A stretch of 64,000 bases of DNA from positions 10,492 to 74,491 of the IMG/VR virus record IMGVR_UViG_3300042868_003052; one strand, 5' to 3'. The DNA is from a virus. Taxonomy: Duplodnaviria; Heunggongvirae; Uroviricota; Caudoviricetes. A model generated the notes under the pieces. That model was not told where the DNA came from. It saw only the letters and a list, made by a program, of their open reading frames with translations, and did not search any database. Of this stretch, positions 27,987 through 37,195 are shown in pieces; the stretch's first letter is position 1; every line of letters starts with the position of its first letter. Made by a program: the position numbers and the translations under genes.

Positions 27987-28209
27987 CGTTGACCCAAACC
28001 TCGAAGTATTTATCAAAGGAGCTGAAGATGGTGCTGACAAAGCTAACACAACTGAAACAAAGGCTAGAAGTCTTATCAAGCGGTCGGATGAGGCTGCTAC
28101 AGAGACTTGGTTTAAAGGAGAGTACGCATTCGCTGAACTCCTCGATGAGCCAGAGCTTTCCCGTGGCGGTTTCAAAGGTGAAGCCTTCAGAGGCTTCTAC
28201 ATCGGATAG
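27952..28209 (+). CDS. hypothetical protein (possible partner of HicA-like gene)
   Basis: 85-aa ORF overlapping the 3' end of the HicA-like gene. No recognisable HicB motif. Confidence 0.3.
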   Translation: MKVKDLIQLLNNVDPNLEVFIKGAEDGADKANTTETKARSLIKRSDEAATETWFKGEYAFAELLDEPELSRGGFKGEAFRGFYIG

Positions 28210-28353
28210 TTACTCTAGGGAAGAATTTCGATTCTGCCACAGAGCACTAAGAAAGCTTTGGGCGTCCAAAACGCCAACAGAGTCTTTCGAAGCAAAGCAT
28301 GACCTTGAAAAAGTCAGGCGTTTATATCGTGATCTCAATCAAAGGAGTTAATA

Positions 28354-28583
28354 TGATCACTCAACTGAAGAACCTGCGTGTGCAACAAATGGTAGGTGAA
28401 AACATTACTGCGGTCTCTGCTGCATTGCGTAAGTCCGTGGAAACACTCGACTTCTCACCTGTGACTGTGATTGCCGAGAAAGAAGTCGTGGCGATCATCA
28501 AAGATTGGGCTAAGGCTCAAAACCTCAATGTTACATCTAACAAACAAGATGCGACAATCATCAACATTTCTCTGAAAGATTAA
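28354..28583 (+). CDS. hypothetical protein
   Basis: Start at internal ATG (MITQLKNL). Confidence 0.3.
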
Positions 28584-28584
28584 C

Positions 28585-29109
28585 ATGAAAACTACTGAGC
28601 AGTGGGTACATGAAATCAAGACGGTGCCTGGTAAACTGGAACACTGGTTGAAGCGTCAGTATGTTGGCGAAATGCTAGCCGCAAACCGTATTGCAGAGCT
28701 TGCCACTACACAAGTGGGAACACGTTCTGAGCACATATTAAACCGAATCGCTTCAGATGAGAAACGCCACTCAGAATGGATCAAGGGTTTGCTAGATGCT
28801 CGCAAAATACCACTCCCTACTGTCAGCATCGATGACACACGCTATTGGGAACCTATTCTTGGAAACCTCCATAGTTTTGAGGAAGTTGCAGGGGCTGGTC
28901 ACCACGCTGAGACAATGCGATTGGTTCGTATTGAGATGCTGGCTAACGATAAAGATATCGATGGTGATATTCGAAATATCTTTTCAGCCATACTTGTAGA
29001 TGAACAGTTTCACGCCAAAGCATTTAATGCCTTATCAACACCTGCGGCAATCGAAAAGACGCGTTTGTTGCACGCAGATGGTTTGAAACTTCTTGGCCTT
29101 GTAATTTAA
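28585..29109 (+). CDS. ferritin-like di-iron carboxylate superfamily protein
   Basis: Two ExxH motifs: EKRHSEW and DEQFHAK, plus upstream Glu residues. Family assignment uncertain. Confidence 0.35.
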   Translation: MKTTEQWVHEIKTVPGKLEHWLKRQYVGEMLAANRIAELATTQVGTRSEHILNRIASDEKRHSEWIKGLLDARKIPLPTVSIDDTRYWEPILGNLHSFEEVAGAGHHAETMRLVRIEMLANDKDIDGDIRNIFSAILVDEQFHAKAFNALSTPAAIEKTRLLHADGLKLLGLVI

Positions 29110-29117
29110 GGAACTTT

Positions 29118-29354
29118 ATGATCTATTTGCTCCCTGTTGTCGGCTGGTTGATTGGCTTTGTCATCACCTTCTTCCTTGCAATTCCGTTCTACTTCTTGTG
29201 GAATTATTGTGCACCGATCTATATGTACTGGTTGCCACCAGTCTACCAACAAATCCCATTTTGGGATTGCGTTTGGTTGGCTATGACAATCTCCATCACT
29301 AAGCTGGTTCTTCTGCCACGCTTCGGTACAACGGTTGAAAACAAGAAAGGTTGA
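29118..29354 (+). CDS. small membrane protein
   Basis: 78 aa with 2-3 TM segments. Confidence 0.35.
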   Translation: MIYLLPVVGWLIGFVITFFLAIPFYFLWNYCAPIYMYWLPPVYQQIPFWDCVWLAMTISITKLVLLPRFGTTVENKKG

Positions 29355-29653
29355 TCATGAACCACGACGTCACAAACCCTCCAGCACAGTTGCCAGTCAA
29401 AGTGAACATGACAGACATGATGGCTAAGATCAAAGACACAACCTACACGTTGCTGCCTAATGGTCGTACCACAATCTGTCAAATCACTCTTGAGAATGGT
29501 TTCACTGTTGAGGGTAGCTCTGCTTGTGTAACCAAGTCTGAATACAATCAGGCTCTCGGTGAGAAGTATTCTTTTGAAAAGGCAATCGATAACCTGTGGG
29601 AACTTGAAGGTTATTTGCTGGCACAAAAGCGCCATGAAGCAGGCTTGGTCTGA
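29351..29653 (+). CDS. Phage_gp49_66-family protein (N4 gp49 / Sf6 gp66-like)
   Basis: TICQITLENGFTVEGSSACV..NQALGEKYSFEKAIDNLWELEGYLL matches the family signature, recalled from memory. Confidence 0.4.
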   Translation: MIMNHDVTNPPAQLPVKVNMTDMMAKIKDTTYTLLPNGRTTICQITLENGFTVEGSSACVTKSEYNQALGEKYSFEKAIDNLWELEGYLLAQKRHEAGLV

Positions 29654-29781
29654 TATAGATCAAATAGAGACATCTCTTCGAGGAATCGAGGAGGTGTCTA
29701 AAAATCGCCCAAATGTTATAGCTCATTTGCAAGACATTTGGGATAATCTCGCAACCTTGAAACAAACTTTGAAAGATCAAA

Positions 29782-30267
29782 ATGACAGAACCAATCGTAC
29801 TGACGGAAGAGAATCGTGACATCATCGCAGCATGGTACACGAAAGATATTGAATCTCTGGATTCATTTATCAAAGAGTTGGACACAGCATATACGCATGA
29901 CTACGGCACTATTGTGCATGCCCATGCAGCTATCGCAGTCCAAGCTGCCCGACTGATGAACAAGCAGTCACAAGGCGGCATCACTGGCTTTCAAGCTGGT
30001 GCTGTTATGTGGGAATTCATGCGTAACTGGATGCATCTGGAAGGTCCATTGAAGTTGACAAACTTCAAAGATATGCTGTACCCACAGAATGAAGAAAAGT
30101 TCTCGAAGACTCTGTCTAAAGAGACTTGGGAGTATCTGCAAGCAGAAGCTAATAAGCTGATGTCGCAAGATATGAAACATGCAAACTTGATGGTTGCTGC
30201 TCATTGGCAACGCATCGCTAACGGGGAGGTGCCCTTTGGATACTCTGTTGAAGTTGAACAGTCTTAA
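29782..30267 (+). CDS. hypothetical protein
   Basis: 161-aa ORF. Confidence 0.35.
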   Translation: MTEPIVLTEENRDIIAAWYTKDIESLDSFIKELDTAYTHDYGTIVHAHAAIAVQAARLMNKQSQGGITGFQAGAVMWEFMRNWMHLEGPLKLTNFKDMLYPQNEEKFSKTLSKETWEYLQAEANKLMSQDMKHANLMVAAHWQRIANGEVPFGYSVEVEQS

Positions 30268-30472
30268 GCTCTTAGGAGCTTCTTGGGCTATTACACTGCT
30301 ATTCGGTGTAGTACTTGCATTGATTGGTGTGAGTCATCCGCTACTCTGGGGTGTGATTTGTACTGTCGGTGTATGTGGCGTTCTCAAAGAACGTAACGAA
30401 ATCAACACTCCTGAATTCTTCCTAATGGCAGTTGGAAGTGGTGTTGGTTATTGCTTGTTGGCATTCTCGTAA
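30194..30472 (+). CDS. hypothetical membrane protein
   Basis: 92-aa hydrophobic ORF. Overlaps the previous ORF, so start uncertain. Confidence 0.25.
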   Translation: MLLIGNASLTGRCPLDTLLKLNSLKLLGASWAITLLFGVVLALIGVSHPLLWGVICTVGVCGVLKERNEINTPEFFLMAVGSGVGYCLLAFS

Positions 30473-30681
30473 TGACAGAAGCTCTCAAAGGTTCAGGATC
30501 GGCAACTAAGCCCTTTGCCCGTCCTGTTAATTTTCATAACACAAAAGGTCACTACGCAGGTCTTGAGCTTAAGCCATTTTCGGCAAGAGCTGGCGCAAGT
30601 GACGCAAACAAAATCCCAAGCCGCTTTAACGATGTGTTGAAATATCGTGACGGTTCTGAAATCAAAAAGGAAATCAAATGA
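30451..30681 (+). CDS. hypothetical protein
   Basis: 76-aa ORF. Confidence 0.3.
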   Translation: MLVGILVMTEALKGSGSATKPFARPVNFHNTKGHYAGLELKPFSARAGASDANKIPSRFNDVLKYRDGSEIKKEIK

Positions 30682-31262
30682 GCTATCTGGACTCTTTTCG
30701 CAATGCAGCATTCACTGGCACAGGCATCCTCATGGAGAACGATTTTGCAATCGGCCTTCTGAATGAGCTTGGTTATGGTGAGACAAGCACCCCTGACCCA
30801 AAGCAAGACGTACCACCAAAGATGAGTGACCTTAGTCTTGAAGAGCTTCTGGACATCTTGTATGGTCTGCAACCAGCTAAACCAGGTTGCAAGTGCAAAA
30901 TCATTGATCCAAAGGACTACAACGAGTTGCAACTAGCTTTCATCAATCAGCTGCCAATGAAAGAAGGTGACTACGGTCACATCATCGTTGAGTCTGGTGA
31001 TCTCTGTGACAAGAAATGGGCAGCATTGGGCAAGCCTCATGCTTGGTATCTGTCTGAGAAAATTACGATTGATGAGGTTAAATACTTCTTGATCCGTGAT
31101 ATGGCTCATGGCAAGATTGCACTCATGGTGGGCAATGTGCTTGAGTTCAGTGGTTCTACAGATGCATTACCACATATGGTTACCAAAGATGGTCTGATGA
31201 TCATCGATGCGCCAGCTTCTGGCATGCCATCTCACTTTGTGAAAGCCTTGTCAGACGTATGA
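30678..31262 (+). CDS. hypothetical protein
   Basis: 194-aa ORF. Strong RBS aaaggaaatcaaATG. ATGA-coupled. Confidence 0.4.
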   Translation: MSYLDSFRNAAFTGTGILMENDFAIGLLNELGYGETSTPDPKQDVPPKMSDLSLEELLDILYGLQPAKPGCKCKIIDPKDYNELQLAFINQLPMKEGDYGHIIVESGDLCDKKWAALGKPHAWYLSEKITIDEVKYFLIRDMAHGKIALMVGNVLEFSGSTDALPHMVTKDGLMIIDAPASGMPSHFVKALSDV

Positions 31263-31699
31263 AGCCTCGCTTATTTCTGACAAACTACGATCAAGGCACA
31301 ATGTTTGGACGTGCCTTCGTCTTTGCGCACAGTACTTCTGAAGCTCTTGACATTCTTCGTCTACGTAACATGGATGAGGAAATCGTTCGAGAAGAAACAG
31401 AAGATATTCGTGTTGTGAATTGGCAATTCGTCAAGAATGGTTCTTTGCAGAAACAACTGCAATATTTGACTTGGCTGGCGTTTGCAGCAGTGCAATCCGG
31501 TCAATTTGAGTTTGCAGAAGTCTATGGTACAGTGGACTATCGCAACAGCTACAAGACAGGTTGGTTACATGACTACGTGTCATTGATCTGCTTACCTAAT
31601 CATGCCGTGTTGCGCCCCGCTGATGAGCTTGACGAAATCATTTATGATGTCGAACGAGTTCTTGGGTTGGATTATCTCCATGACCAACTTCCGAGTTGA
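31259..31699 (+). CDS. hypothetical protein
   Basis: 146-aa ORF. Confidence 0.35.
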   Translation: MKPRLFLTNYDQGTMFGRAFVFAHSTSEALDILRLRNMDEEIVREETEDIRVVNWQFVKNGSLQKQLQYLTWLAFAAVQSGQFEFAEVYGTVDYRNSYKTGWLHDYVSLICLPNHAVLRPADELDEIIYDVERVLGLDYLHDQLPS

Positions 31700-31952
31700 T
31701 GTAGTAGATTGTGTAATTAAGCAAGGTGTAATATCAGTCAACCCTGAAGACTATGTTACGCCTTGTGGTATGAACTCTCTGCTATATCTTGACAAGAAAG
31801 CACCACGCCAACGAGAGTTTGCAATTCGTGAAAACAAAGTTGCAATATACTCACAATGGCATGGACAAAGTCTGACGGGAGACTATAAACCGTATCGTGT
31901 TCAACTTTCTAGGAAATCAAATGAAAAACAAAATGAAACAATGGCGTCGTGA
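31680..31952 (+). CDS. hypothetical protein
   Basis: Start at internal ATG (MTNFRVDVVD) to minimise overlap. Confidence 0.3.
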   Translation: MTNFRVDVVDCVIKQGVISVNPEDYVTPCGMNSLLYLDKKAPRQREFAIRENKVAIYSQWHGQSLTGDYKPYRVQLSRKSNEKQNETMAS

Positions 31953-32124
31953 AGCTCGTAAGCACAACGAGGAGCGTTCTGAGCAGCTTGGTGAAAAGAT
32001 TCGTCATCAAGGTCGCAAGAACAAATCCACCATTGGTGAATCGTGGCGTGGTGCAATGTATCCTTTGTTGGAGACTTTGTTTGCTCGTGTCGGTTTGATT
32101 AATCGTAACGCTGCTCGCGTCTAA
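31897..32124 (+). CDS. small basic protein
   Basis: 75 aa, Lys/Arg-rich. Followed by terminator. Confidence 0.3.
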   Translation: MFNFLGNQMKNKMKQWRREARKHNEERSEQLGEKIRHQGRKNKSTIGESWRGAMYPLLETLFARVGLINRNAARV

Positions 32125-32138
32125 GTAAGCGAAAAGAG

Positions 32139-32160
32139 GCCCGTAGAAATACGGGCGTTT
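32139..32160 (+). terminator. intrinsic terminator-like hairpin (gcccgta-GAAA-tacgggc) plus gttt
   Basis: 7-bp GC-rich stem with GNRA loop, 15 nt after the stop. Short T-tract. Confidence 0.45.
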
Positions 32161-32221
32161 AGCAGAAGTTCAACAGACACTGTTGAACAAGAAATTCCTC
32201 AATTCATTTTGAAAGTGTTAA

Positions 32222-32779
32222 ATGATCATGAAAAATCTGTATAAAGTTCTCGCGGTAACTGTGGCTTTGTTGTTTGGCGTTGCACACGCTGAAGAGCAAA
32301 CCTCCAAGTCATATGTTGAAGTCGGGCATGTGCAGCTGGATGTGAAGAGTGTCAATCAAACAGGCACATTCACCTCAAGCCCACAAGCAGTCAGCTTGGC
32401 ATATGGCTACAAACTTCATAACAATTTGGCTGCTGAAGCTGTTGTTATGCAAGGTGTGAAGAATGACACACTCAATCGAAATGGTGGTGCTACAAATGTC
32501 GCTATGGAAGTTAACACTTCTTATGGTGTATTTCTGAAACCATCTATCGATTACGGTAAGACCACGTTCTTTGGCAAAGTAGGTTACATGGAGGGGAAGA
32601 TCACAAGCAAGACTTCTAGTGCGTCTTCTAGTGAATCTCGTGGCGGTCTTGCCTATGGTCTTGGTGTCAGTCATCTGATTACAGATAAAGTATCTGTTAA
32701 TGCAGGTTGGACTAGCTTCTACGACAAAGATGGTGTGACTTCGAAAGGTGTTACACTTGGACTTGGTTATAAGTTTTAA
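32222..32779 (+). CDS. outer-membrane beta-barrel protein (OmpA-N/OmpW-like), signal peptide
   Basis: Signal peptide MIMKNLYKVLAVTVALLFGVAHA. Alternating amphipathic strands. C-terminal LGLGYKF with terminal Phe typical of OMP barrels. Confidence 0.55.
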   Translation: MIMKNLYKVLAVTVALLFGVAHAEEQTSKSYVEVGHVQLDVKSVNQTGTFTSSPQAVSLAYGYKLHNNLAAEAVVMQGVKNDTLNRNGGATNVAMEVNTSYGVFLKPSIDYGKTTFFGKVGYMEGKITSKTSSASSSESRGGLAYGLGVSHLITDKVSVNAGWTSFYDKDGVTSKGVTLGLGYKF

Positions 32780-32784
32780 CCAAT

Positions 32785-33174
32785 TTGAGGTGGCGTAAGA
32801 CCATCTCGCACAAGCCTGCGACAGCAGTACCCAAAAACACTAAGCAGCAAGGAAAGCTGCAAACTGCAAATTGCAGACATTATGTGCAGCAATCGGCTGC
32901 TTGGTGTTTAGAGGGAGTTTTTGCTTTTGAAAAGGACTATATGAATCGCAAACAACGGCAAAAGAACAGGAAAACGTATTCAGCGCTGATGCAACACTTA
33001 CGTAAACTTGAAGAATCTAAGAGTATTTGCCCTGAGTGTGGTGTTAAAGGTGAGTACCATTGGGTACAGACTGAATTTACAACTCTCGAGCACATGATTA
33101 CAGGGCTACCTCCGAGTGGTTTCTGGATATGCCCTAAGTTTTACGATCCCACAACTGGAAGGAGAATTGATTGA
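32785..33174 (+). CDS. hypothetical basic Zn-ribbon protein
   Basis: CPECG motif. True start may be internal ATG near 32941 (MNRKQRQKNRK). Confidence 0.3.
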   Translation: MRWRKTISHKPATAVPKNTKQQGKLQTANCRHYVQQSAAWCLEGVFAFEKDYMNRKQRQKNRKTYSALMQHLRKLEESKSICPECGVKGEYHWVQTEFTTLEHMITGLPPSGFWICPKFYDPTTGRRID

Positions 33175-33422
33175 ACTCGCAAGACTCTAATATGGCCGCA
33201 AATGCAATTTGCCATGCCGCACAAATGGTCCAATATACATTGCAAGAAACAGCTTCAACATACGCGCTACCGCATGTGTTGTACAGGCCTCGACTGTCGA
33301 AAGATGGTAATCAATATTGTGCATTATTTGGCGCCGATCTGCAGACTGGTGTTTCAGGTTTCGGTGTAACACCTGCCGCAGCAATGGCAGACTTTGACGT
33401 AAATTGGCATAAAGCCGCGTAA
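33171..33422 (+). CDS. hypothetical protein
   Basis: 83-aa ORF. Confidence 0.3.
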   Translation: MNSQDSNMAANAICHAAQMVQYTLQETASTYALPHVLYRPRLSKDGNQYCALFGADLQTGVSGFGVTPAAAMADFDVNWHKAA

Positions 33423-33436
33423 CCGAGGAAACTTAA

Positions 33437-34522
33437 ATGTTCGATACTAAGTACACACTCTCGCTGACGAAAGACTACGTCAGTCATTGGGGTGTTGTTG
33501 AAGCCTGTCGGGAACTAATTCAGAATGTGATCGATAACCCTAAAGTGTTCGGTTACAATTTTGAAGAAGTCTTACCAGGCTCATTTCGCTTTACCTTGAC
33601 AAGTAAAGACACAACACTCAGCTCCAGCACACTTTTGTTAGGTAGCACATCAAAGAGTGGAGAGAATACCATTGGTCACTTTGGTGAAGGTTATAAGCTT
33701 GCTCTTCTAGTTCTCACAAGGAACAACAAAGATGTGATTATCTTAAATGGTAATCGTGCTTGGACACCGACATTTGAGTACTATAAGATCTATGGTGCAG
33801 AGTTGTTGGAAATCAAAGAGCGAAAGCTTTATGGCGATGCCGCAACAAATGATCTTTCTTTTGTTGTGGACAATCTGACAGCTGATGAAGTAGCTGCAAT
33901 CAAAGACTCTTGGCTTAACTTCCAAGATGATATTGGTAAACTACATCAAACAAGCTACGGTGACATTCTGCTTGACAAACCAGGGATGTTATACGTAGGT
34001 GGTCTGTTTGTGTGCAAGACTGAAATGAAGTATGGTTACAACATCAAACCACGCTTTGTCAAGCTTGAACGCGACAGACAAACAATCTCTAGCTGGGATT
34101 TGAAGTGGCACTCAAAAGAAATGTGGATGGAGACTGAACGTTTCGATGAGATTGCTGAAATGATGCGTGACGACATTCCTGATGTTGAATACGCTGAGTA
34201 CGGTTGCCCAGCTATGGTGAAGGATGCGTGCTATAGGCTGTTTACCAGTCAGAACCCAGGAAAGCTTGCTGCAAGGTCACAAACCGAACTGCAAAGCATG
34301 ATTGAACAAGGTCTCACAAAGACAGTGTATGTAGGTTCTACTTATGGTTACGCAATTCAATCTTCAAATCTCTATCGTGCAGATCTTCCAAAAACTGTAG
34401 CAAAGACTTCACCTGAAGCATACTTGCGCCAGTGGTTGAAAGATAACCGAAAAGAGATGCGAAGCAAAAGCATTGAGGCTTTCAAAACAGTCTTGGTGGA
34501 TTCTAAACATTGGAGGCAATAA
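33437..34522 (+). CDS. hypothetical protein, possible GHKL-type ATPase fold
   Basis: ACRELIQNVIDN resembles the N-box ELxxNxxDA. GHFGEGYK resembles the G2 box GxxGxG. Weak, from memory. Confidence 0.3.
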   Translation: MFDTKYTLSLTKDYVSHWGVVEACRELIQNVIDNPKVFGYNFEEVLPGSFRFTLTSKDTTLSSSTLLLGSTSKSGENTIGHFGEGYKLALLVLTRNNKDVIILNGNRAWTPTFEYYKIYGAELLEIKERKLYGDAATNDLSFVVDNLTADEVAAIKDSWLNFQDDIGKLHQTSYGDILLDKPGMLYVGGLFVCKTEMKYGYNIKPRFVKLERDRQTISSWDLKWHSKEMWMETERFDEIAEMMRDDIPDVEYAEYGCPAMVKDACYRLFTSQNPGKLAARSQTELQSMIEQGLTKTVYVGSTYGYAIQSSNLYRADLPKTVAKTSPEAYLRQWLKDNRKEMRSKSIEAFKTVLVDSKHWRQ

Positions 34523-34869
34523 TGGGAACGAATTACTATTTGAAGAGTGCTGAATGTCCACACTGCAAGAGAACTGAGCCTGATAGACATATCGGGAAGA
34601 GTTCAATAGGTTGGGCATTTTCGCTGCATGTTTACCCAAGTGAGGAGATCAACAATCTTTCTGACTGGCTGATCTTATTCACGACTGAGGGTGTCAGAAT
34701 CGAGAATGAGTACGGTGAGCTTGTAACTACCGAAGAGATGCAAAGAATCATCACTGCGAGAGATAAGTACAAGTGCAATGGGGTTCTGCAGCGACATGAT
34801 ATTGATGACCATCATTGCATAGGCCATGGTGCCGGTGCTTGGGATCACATCATTGGAGAGTTTAGCTGA
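34522..34869 (+). CDS. hypothetical Zn-binding protein
   Basis: CPHC ... HHCIGH. TAATG coupling. RBS tggagg. Confidence 0.35.
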   Translation: MGTNYYLKSAECPHCKRTEPDRHIGKSSIGWAFSLHVYPSEEINNLSDWLILFTTEGVRIENEYGELVTTEEMQRIITARDKYKCNGVLQRHDIDDHHCIGHGAGAWDHIIGEFS

Positions 34870-35123
34870 TGGGAGTGTATGACACCGTACGTGTACCATG
34901 TCCGTCATGTGGTGCAATTTACCATGCTCAATCAAAAGGTGGAGAGTGTGATCTAGTTACGTATGATCTTGATATTTGTCCAGCAGATGTCTTGTCGGAT
35001 GTTAACAGACATGCACCCTTCACTTGTGAGAGCTGGAACACCAAGTTTGATGTTGAATACACGTTAAGTGTATCATCGATCAAAGTCGTAGATATCAACA
35101 AGCGAGACTCTGAAGATGATTAA
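34869..35123 (+). CDS. hypothetical Zn-ribbon protein
   Basis: CPSCG ... CP..C. 84 aa. Confidence 0.35.
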   Translation: MGVYDTVRVPCPSCGAIYHAQSKGGECDLVTYDLDICPADVLSDVNRHAPFTCESWNTKFDVEYTLSVSSIKVVDINKRDSEDD

Positions 35124-35321
35124 AATTATTCTGGTGTATCTTGTATTTGAACTCATCCTAATTGGTTTGTTCTTTTACTTGAAACGCCTCAACAAAATGC
35201 AATGGGTACATCTGCTTAAGTGGATGTCCTTGCTATCCGGCACAGCACTTATTACAGCCATTGCGTTGTATTGTGTTACTGCTCTTTTCTAACCAACTCG
35301 ACTAACCTATTAAGGAAATCC

Positions 35322-36107
35322 ATGAACAACCTTAACTATCTAAAGAAGGCTAAAAGAAAGTTTCTTAATGAGCCTGGACTTGATGATCTCAACATTAGAA
35401 TTCGTGCTGAAGAATTTGCGTTCATGAAGCAAGCCACTAAGTTTACTTTGCCGTCTGGTGGGTTGTACATGGAAAATGATGATCTCCCATCAACCACTAA
35501 GTTACCATACGTAGATGTCCTGTTAGAGTTTGCAGTCGAGGATGACACCTTGAATCCAAACGCTACAGTCGGTATGATGGTTTATGCCAGCTCAGATGGC
35601 ACTCAACATATTGAAATAAAAACTTACTATGTAAACAGACGTGGTGAGTGGTCTGATTGTGGGTGCTATGGCTATATCCCTGAGATGCCTACAAATGAAA
35701 ATGATAACTTAGAGGACTTCTTAGAAGTTGTTGAGGTGTCAGCAGGAGTTGATGAAGAGGATAAGGAGTTATGCAGATATAGCACACGTTGCGTAATGAA
35801 TTTCCTTTTGTTTTTGGACATGAGCAATATCAATGTTGTAAAGAACGCCATTAAACCTGAAAAAGGTGATCGACTATCTGCACTTACATATGATACATAC
35901 CATGTACTGAAACTCAGGCATCATAAGACAGGTGTAGTCTCGGATCTAACCTGTGAAAGAGTCTCTAGAAGCCCACGTCAGCATCTCCGAAGAGGGCATC
36001 TTCGTCGTAAACGCTTTAGTGAGGATAAAATTTGGATTAACCCTGTGATCGTCAACAAAGGGTGGAAAGCTAAAGTTACAAAAGACTACGAACTGGTAGC
36101 AGCGTAA
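35322..36107 (+). CDS. hypothetical protein
   Basis: Internal ATG (MNNLNYLKK) with RBS taaggaaa chosen over the upstream GTG of the track ORF. Confidence 0.4.
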   Translation: MNNLNYLKKAKRKFLNEPGLDDLNIRIRAEEFAFMKQATKFTLPSGGLYMENDDLPSTTKLPYVDVLLEFAVEDDTLNPNATVGMMVYASSDGTQHIEIKTYYVNRRGEWSDCGCYGYIPEMPTNENDNLEDFLEVVEVSAGVDEEDKELCRYSTRCVMNFLLFLDMSNINVVKNAIKPEKGDRLSALTYDTYHVLKLRHHKTGVVSDLTCERVSRSPRQHLRRGHLRRKRFSEDKIWINPVIVNKGWKAKVTKDYELVAA

Positions 36108-36132
36108 TTGACACTTTACCACTAAATCAAAC

Positions 36133-36150
36133 CAACCCGTTAACTTAAAG
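36133..36150 (+). promoter_or_regulatory. phage-specific promoter-like element, copy 4 (variant AACCCGTTAACTTAAag)
   Basis: 14/17 core match. Directly upstream of gene 36158. Confidence 0.4.
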
Positions 36151-36157
36151 GAATTTC

Positions 36158-36385
36158 ATGTTTTCAAATTTCAAAGCAGCTCAACCTAAAACAGTTGAAT
36201 CCGTTCTGTCTCAATTCAATCAGGTCTGTAAAGATCTGGAAGAAATCCATGAACGTGAGATTGAAGTCAGTCGCCAAGCTGACGCTGAGATTGCACGTCT
36301 TGAGTCTCAGAAACAAGCAGCTGTAGAAGAAGCTAATCGTGCATTGCACACAGCTTCTAAAATTCGTTCCATGATCACTATGTAA
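36158..36385 (+). CDS. small coiled-coil protein
   Basis: 75 aa. RBS aaaggaatttcATG. Confidence 0.35.
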   Translation: MFSNFKAAQPKTVESVLSQFNQVCKDLEEIHEREIEVSRQADAEIARLESQKQAAVEEANRALHTASKIRSMITM

Positions 36386-36400
36386 GAAAGAACTTTCAAA

Positions 36401-37195
36401 ATGAAAAAGATTATCTCAATCATCACTCTCCTCGCCATCGGTCTGTTGACTGGCTGCACTCGTATTGAAACAGGTGAAGTCGGCGTTCGAATGAATGCTT
36501 CAAAAGAAATTGAAGGTAAAGAACTTCTACCAGGTAGCTGGGATCAAACCTTGATTGGCTCGGTTCTCGAATTCCCTGTGAAGGACATTACCGTCAGTCT
36601 TGAGAACAAAACACCCTTGACGGCAGATAACTCGGCTCTTGCTGACTTTGACATCACAGTTGTTTATGCAATCAATCCATCTAGTGTGGCTGAGTTGTAT
36701 AGCACTAAATCCCGAAGCTTCCACGCTGAAGGTAAAGAAGGTATCTTCTTGATGTACAACTACATGGCAACCTTGGTCAACAATGCAAGTTACAAGGTGG
36801 TTCGTGGTTACAAGTCACTTGAAGTTGCTGACAGCCGTGCAACGATTGAAGAGAAGATTCGTGACATTGTCAATGAACAATTGAAGATGGAAAAGCTTGA
36901 CACTTCAGTCTCGCTCACCGTTGTTCAAGTTCGTAACGTTCGACCTAATGCTGAGATTCTTCAGGCCGCCACTAAGTATGTTGCAGCTCAGAATGAATTG
37001 AAGATTAAGCAAACGGAAGTTGATATCGCTAAGAAAGAATCTGAGCGTATGTCAGCATTGGCAAACAATTCTTCAGCTTCAATTGCTTATATGCAAGCTC
37101 AGGCATCGTTGAACATCTCTGAGGGTATTAAGAACGGTCAGGTCAATACAATCATTGTCCCTGCCAACTTCAATGCCTTGATGATGAACAAGTGA
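36401..37195 (+). CDS. SPFH (band-7/prohibitin)-domain lipoprotein
   Basis: Lipobox LLTGC. GEVGVRMNASK..LLPG SPFH-like N-terminal region. C-terminal coiled-coil. Confidence 0.45.
   Translation: MKKIISIITLLAIGLLTGCTRIETGEVGVRMNASKEIEGKELLPGSWDQTLIGSVLEFPVKDITVSLENKTPLTADNSALADFDITVVYAINPSSVAELYSTKSRSFHAEGKEGIFLMYNYMATLVNNASYKVVRGYKSLEVADSRATIEEKIRDIVNEQLKMEKLDTSVSLTVVQVRNVRPNAEILQAATKYVAAQNELKIKQTEVDIAKKESERMSALANNSSASIAYMQAQASLNISEGIKNGQVNTIIVPANFNALMMNK

Noticed and set aside
35116-35292. 59-aa hydrophobic ORF overlapping the end of 34869-35123 and upstream of 35322
   Set aside because: My manual indexing showed a 1-nt inconsistency in this stretch, and the ORF is below the track threshold. 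It is a plausible small membrane protein but not supportable with confidence.
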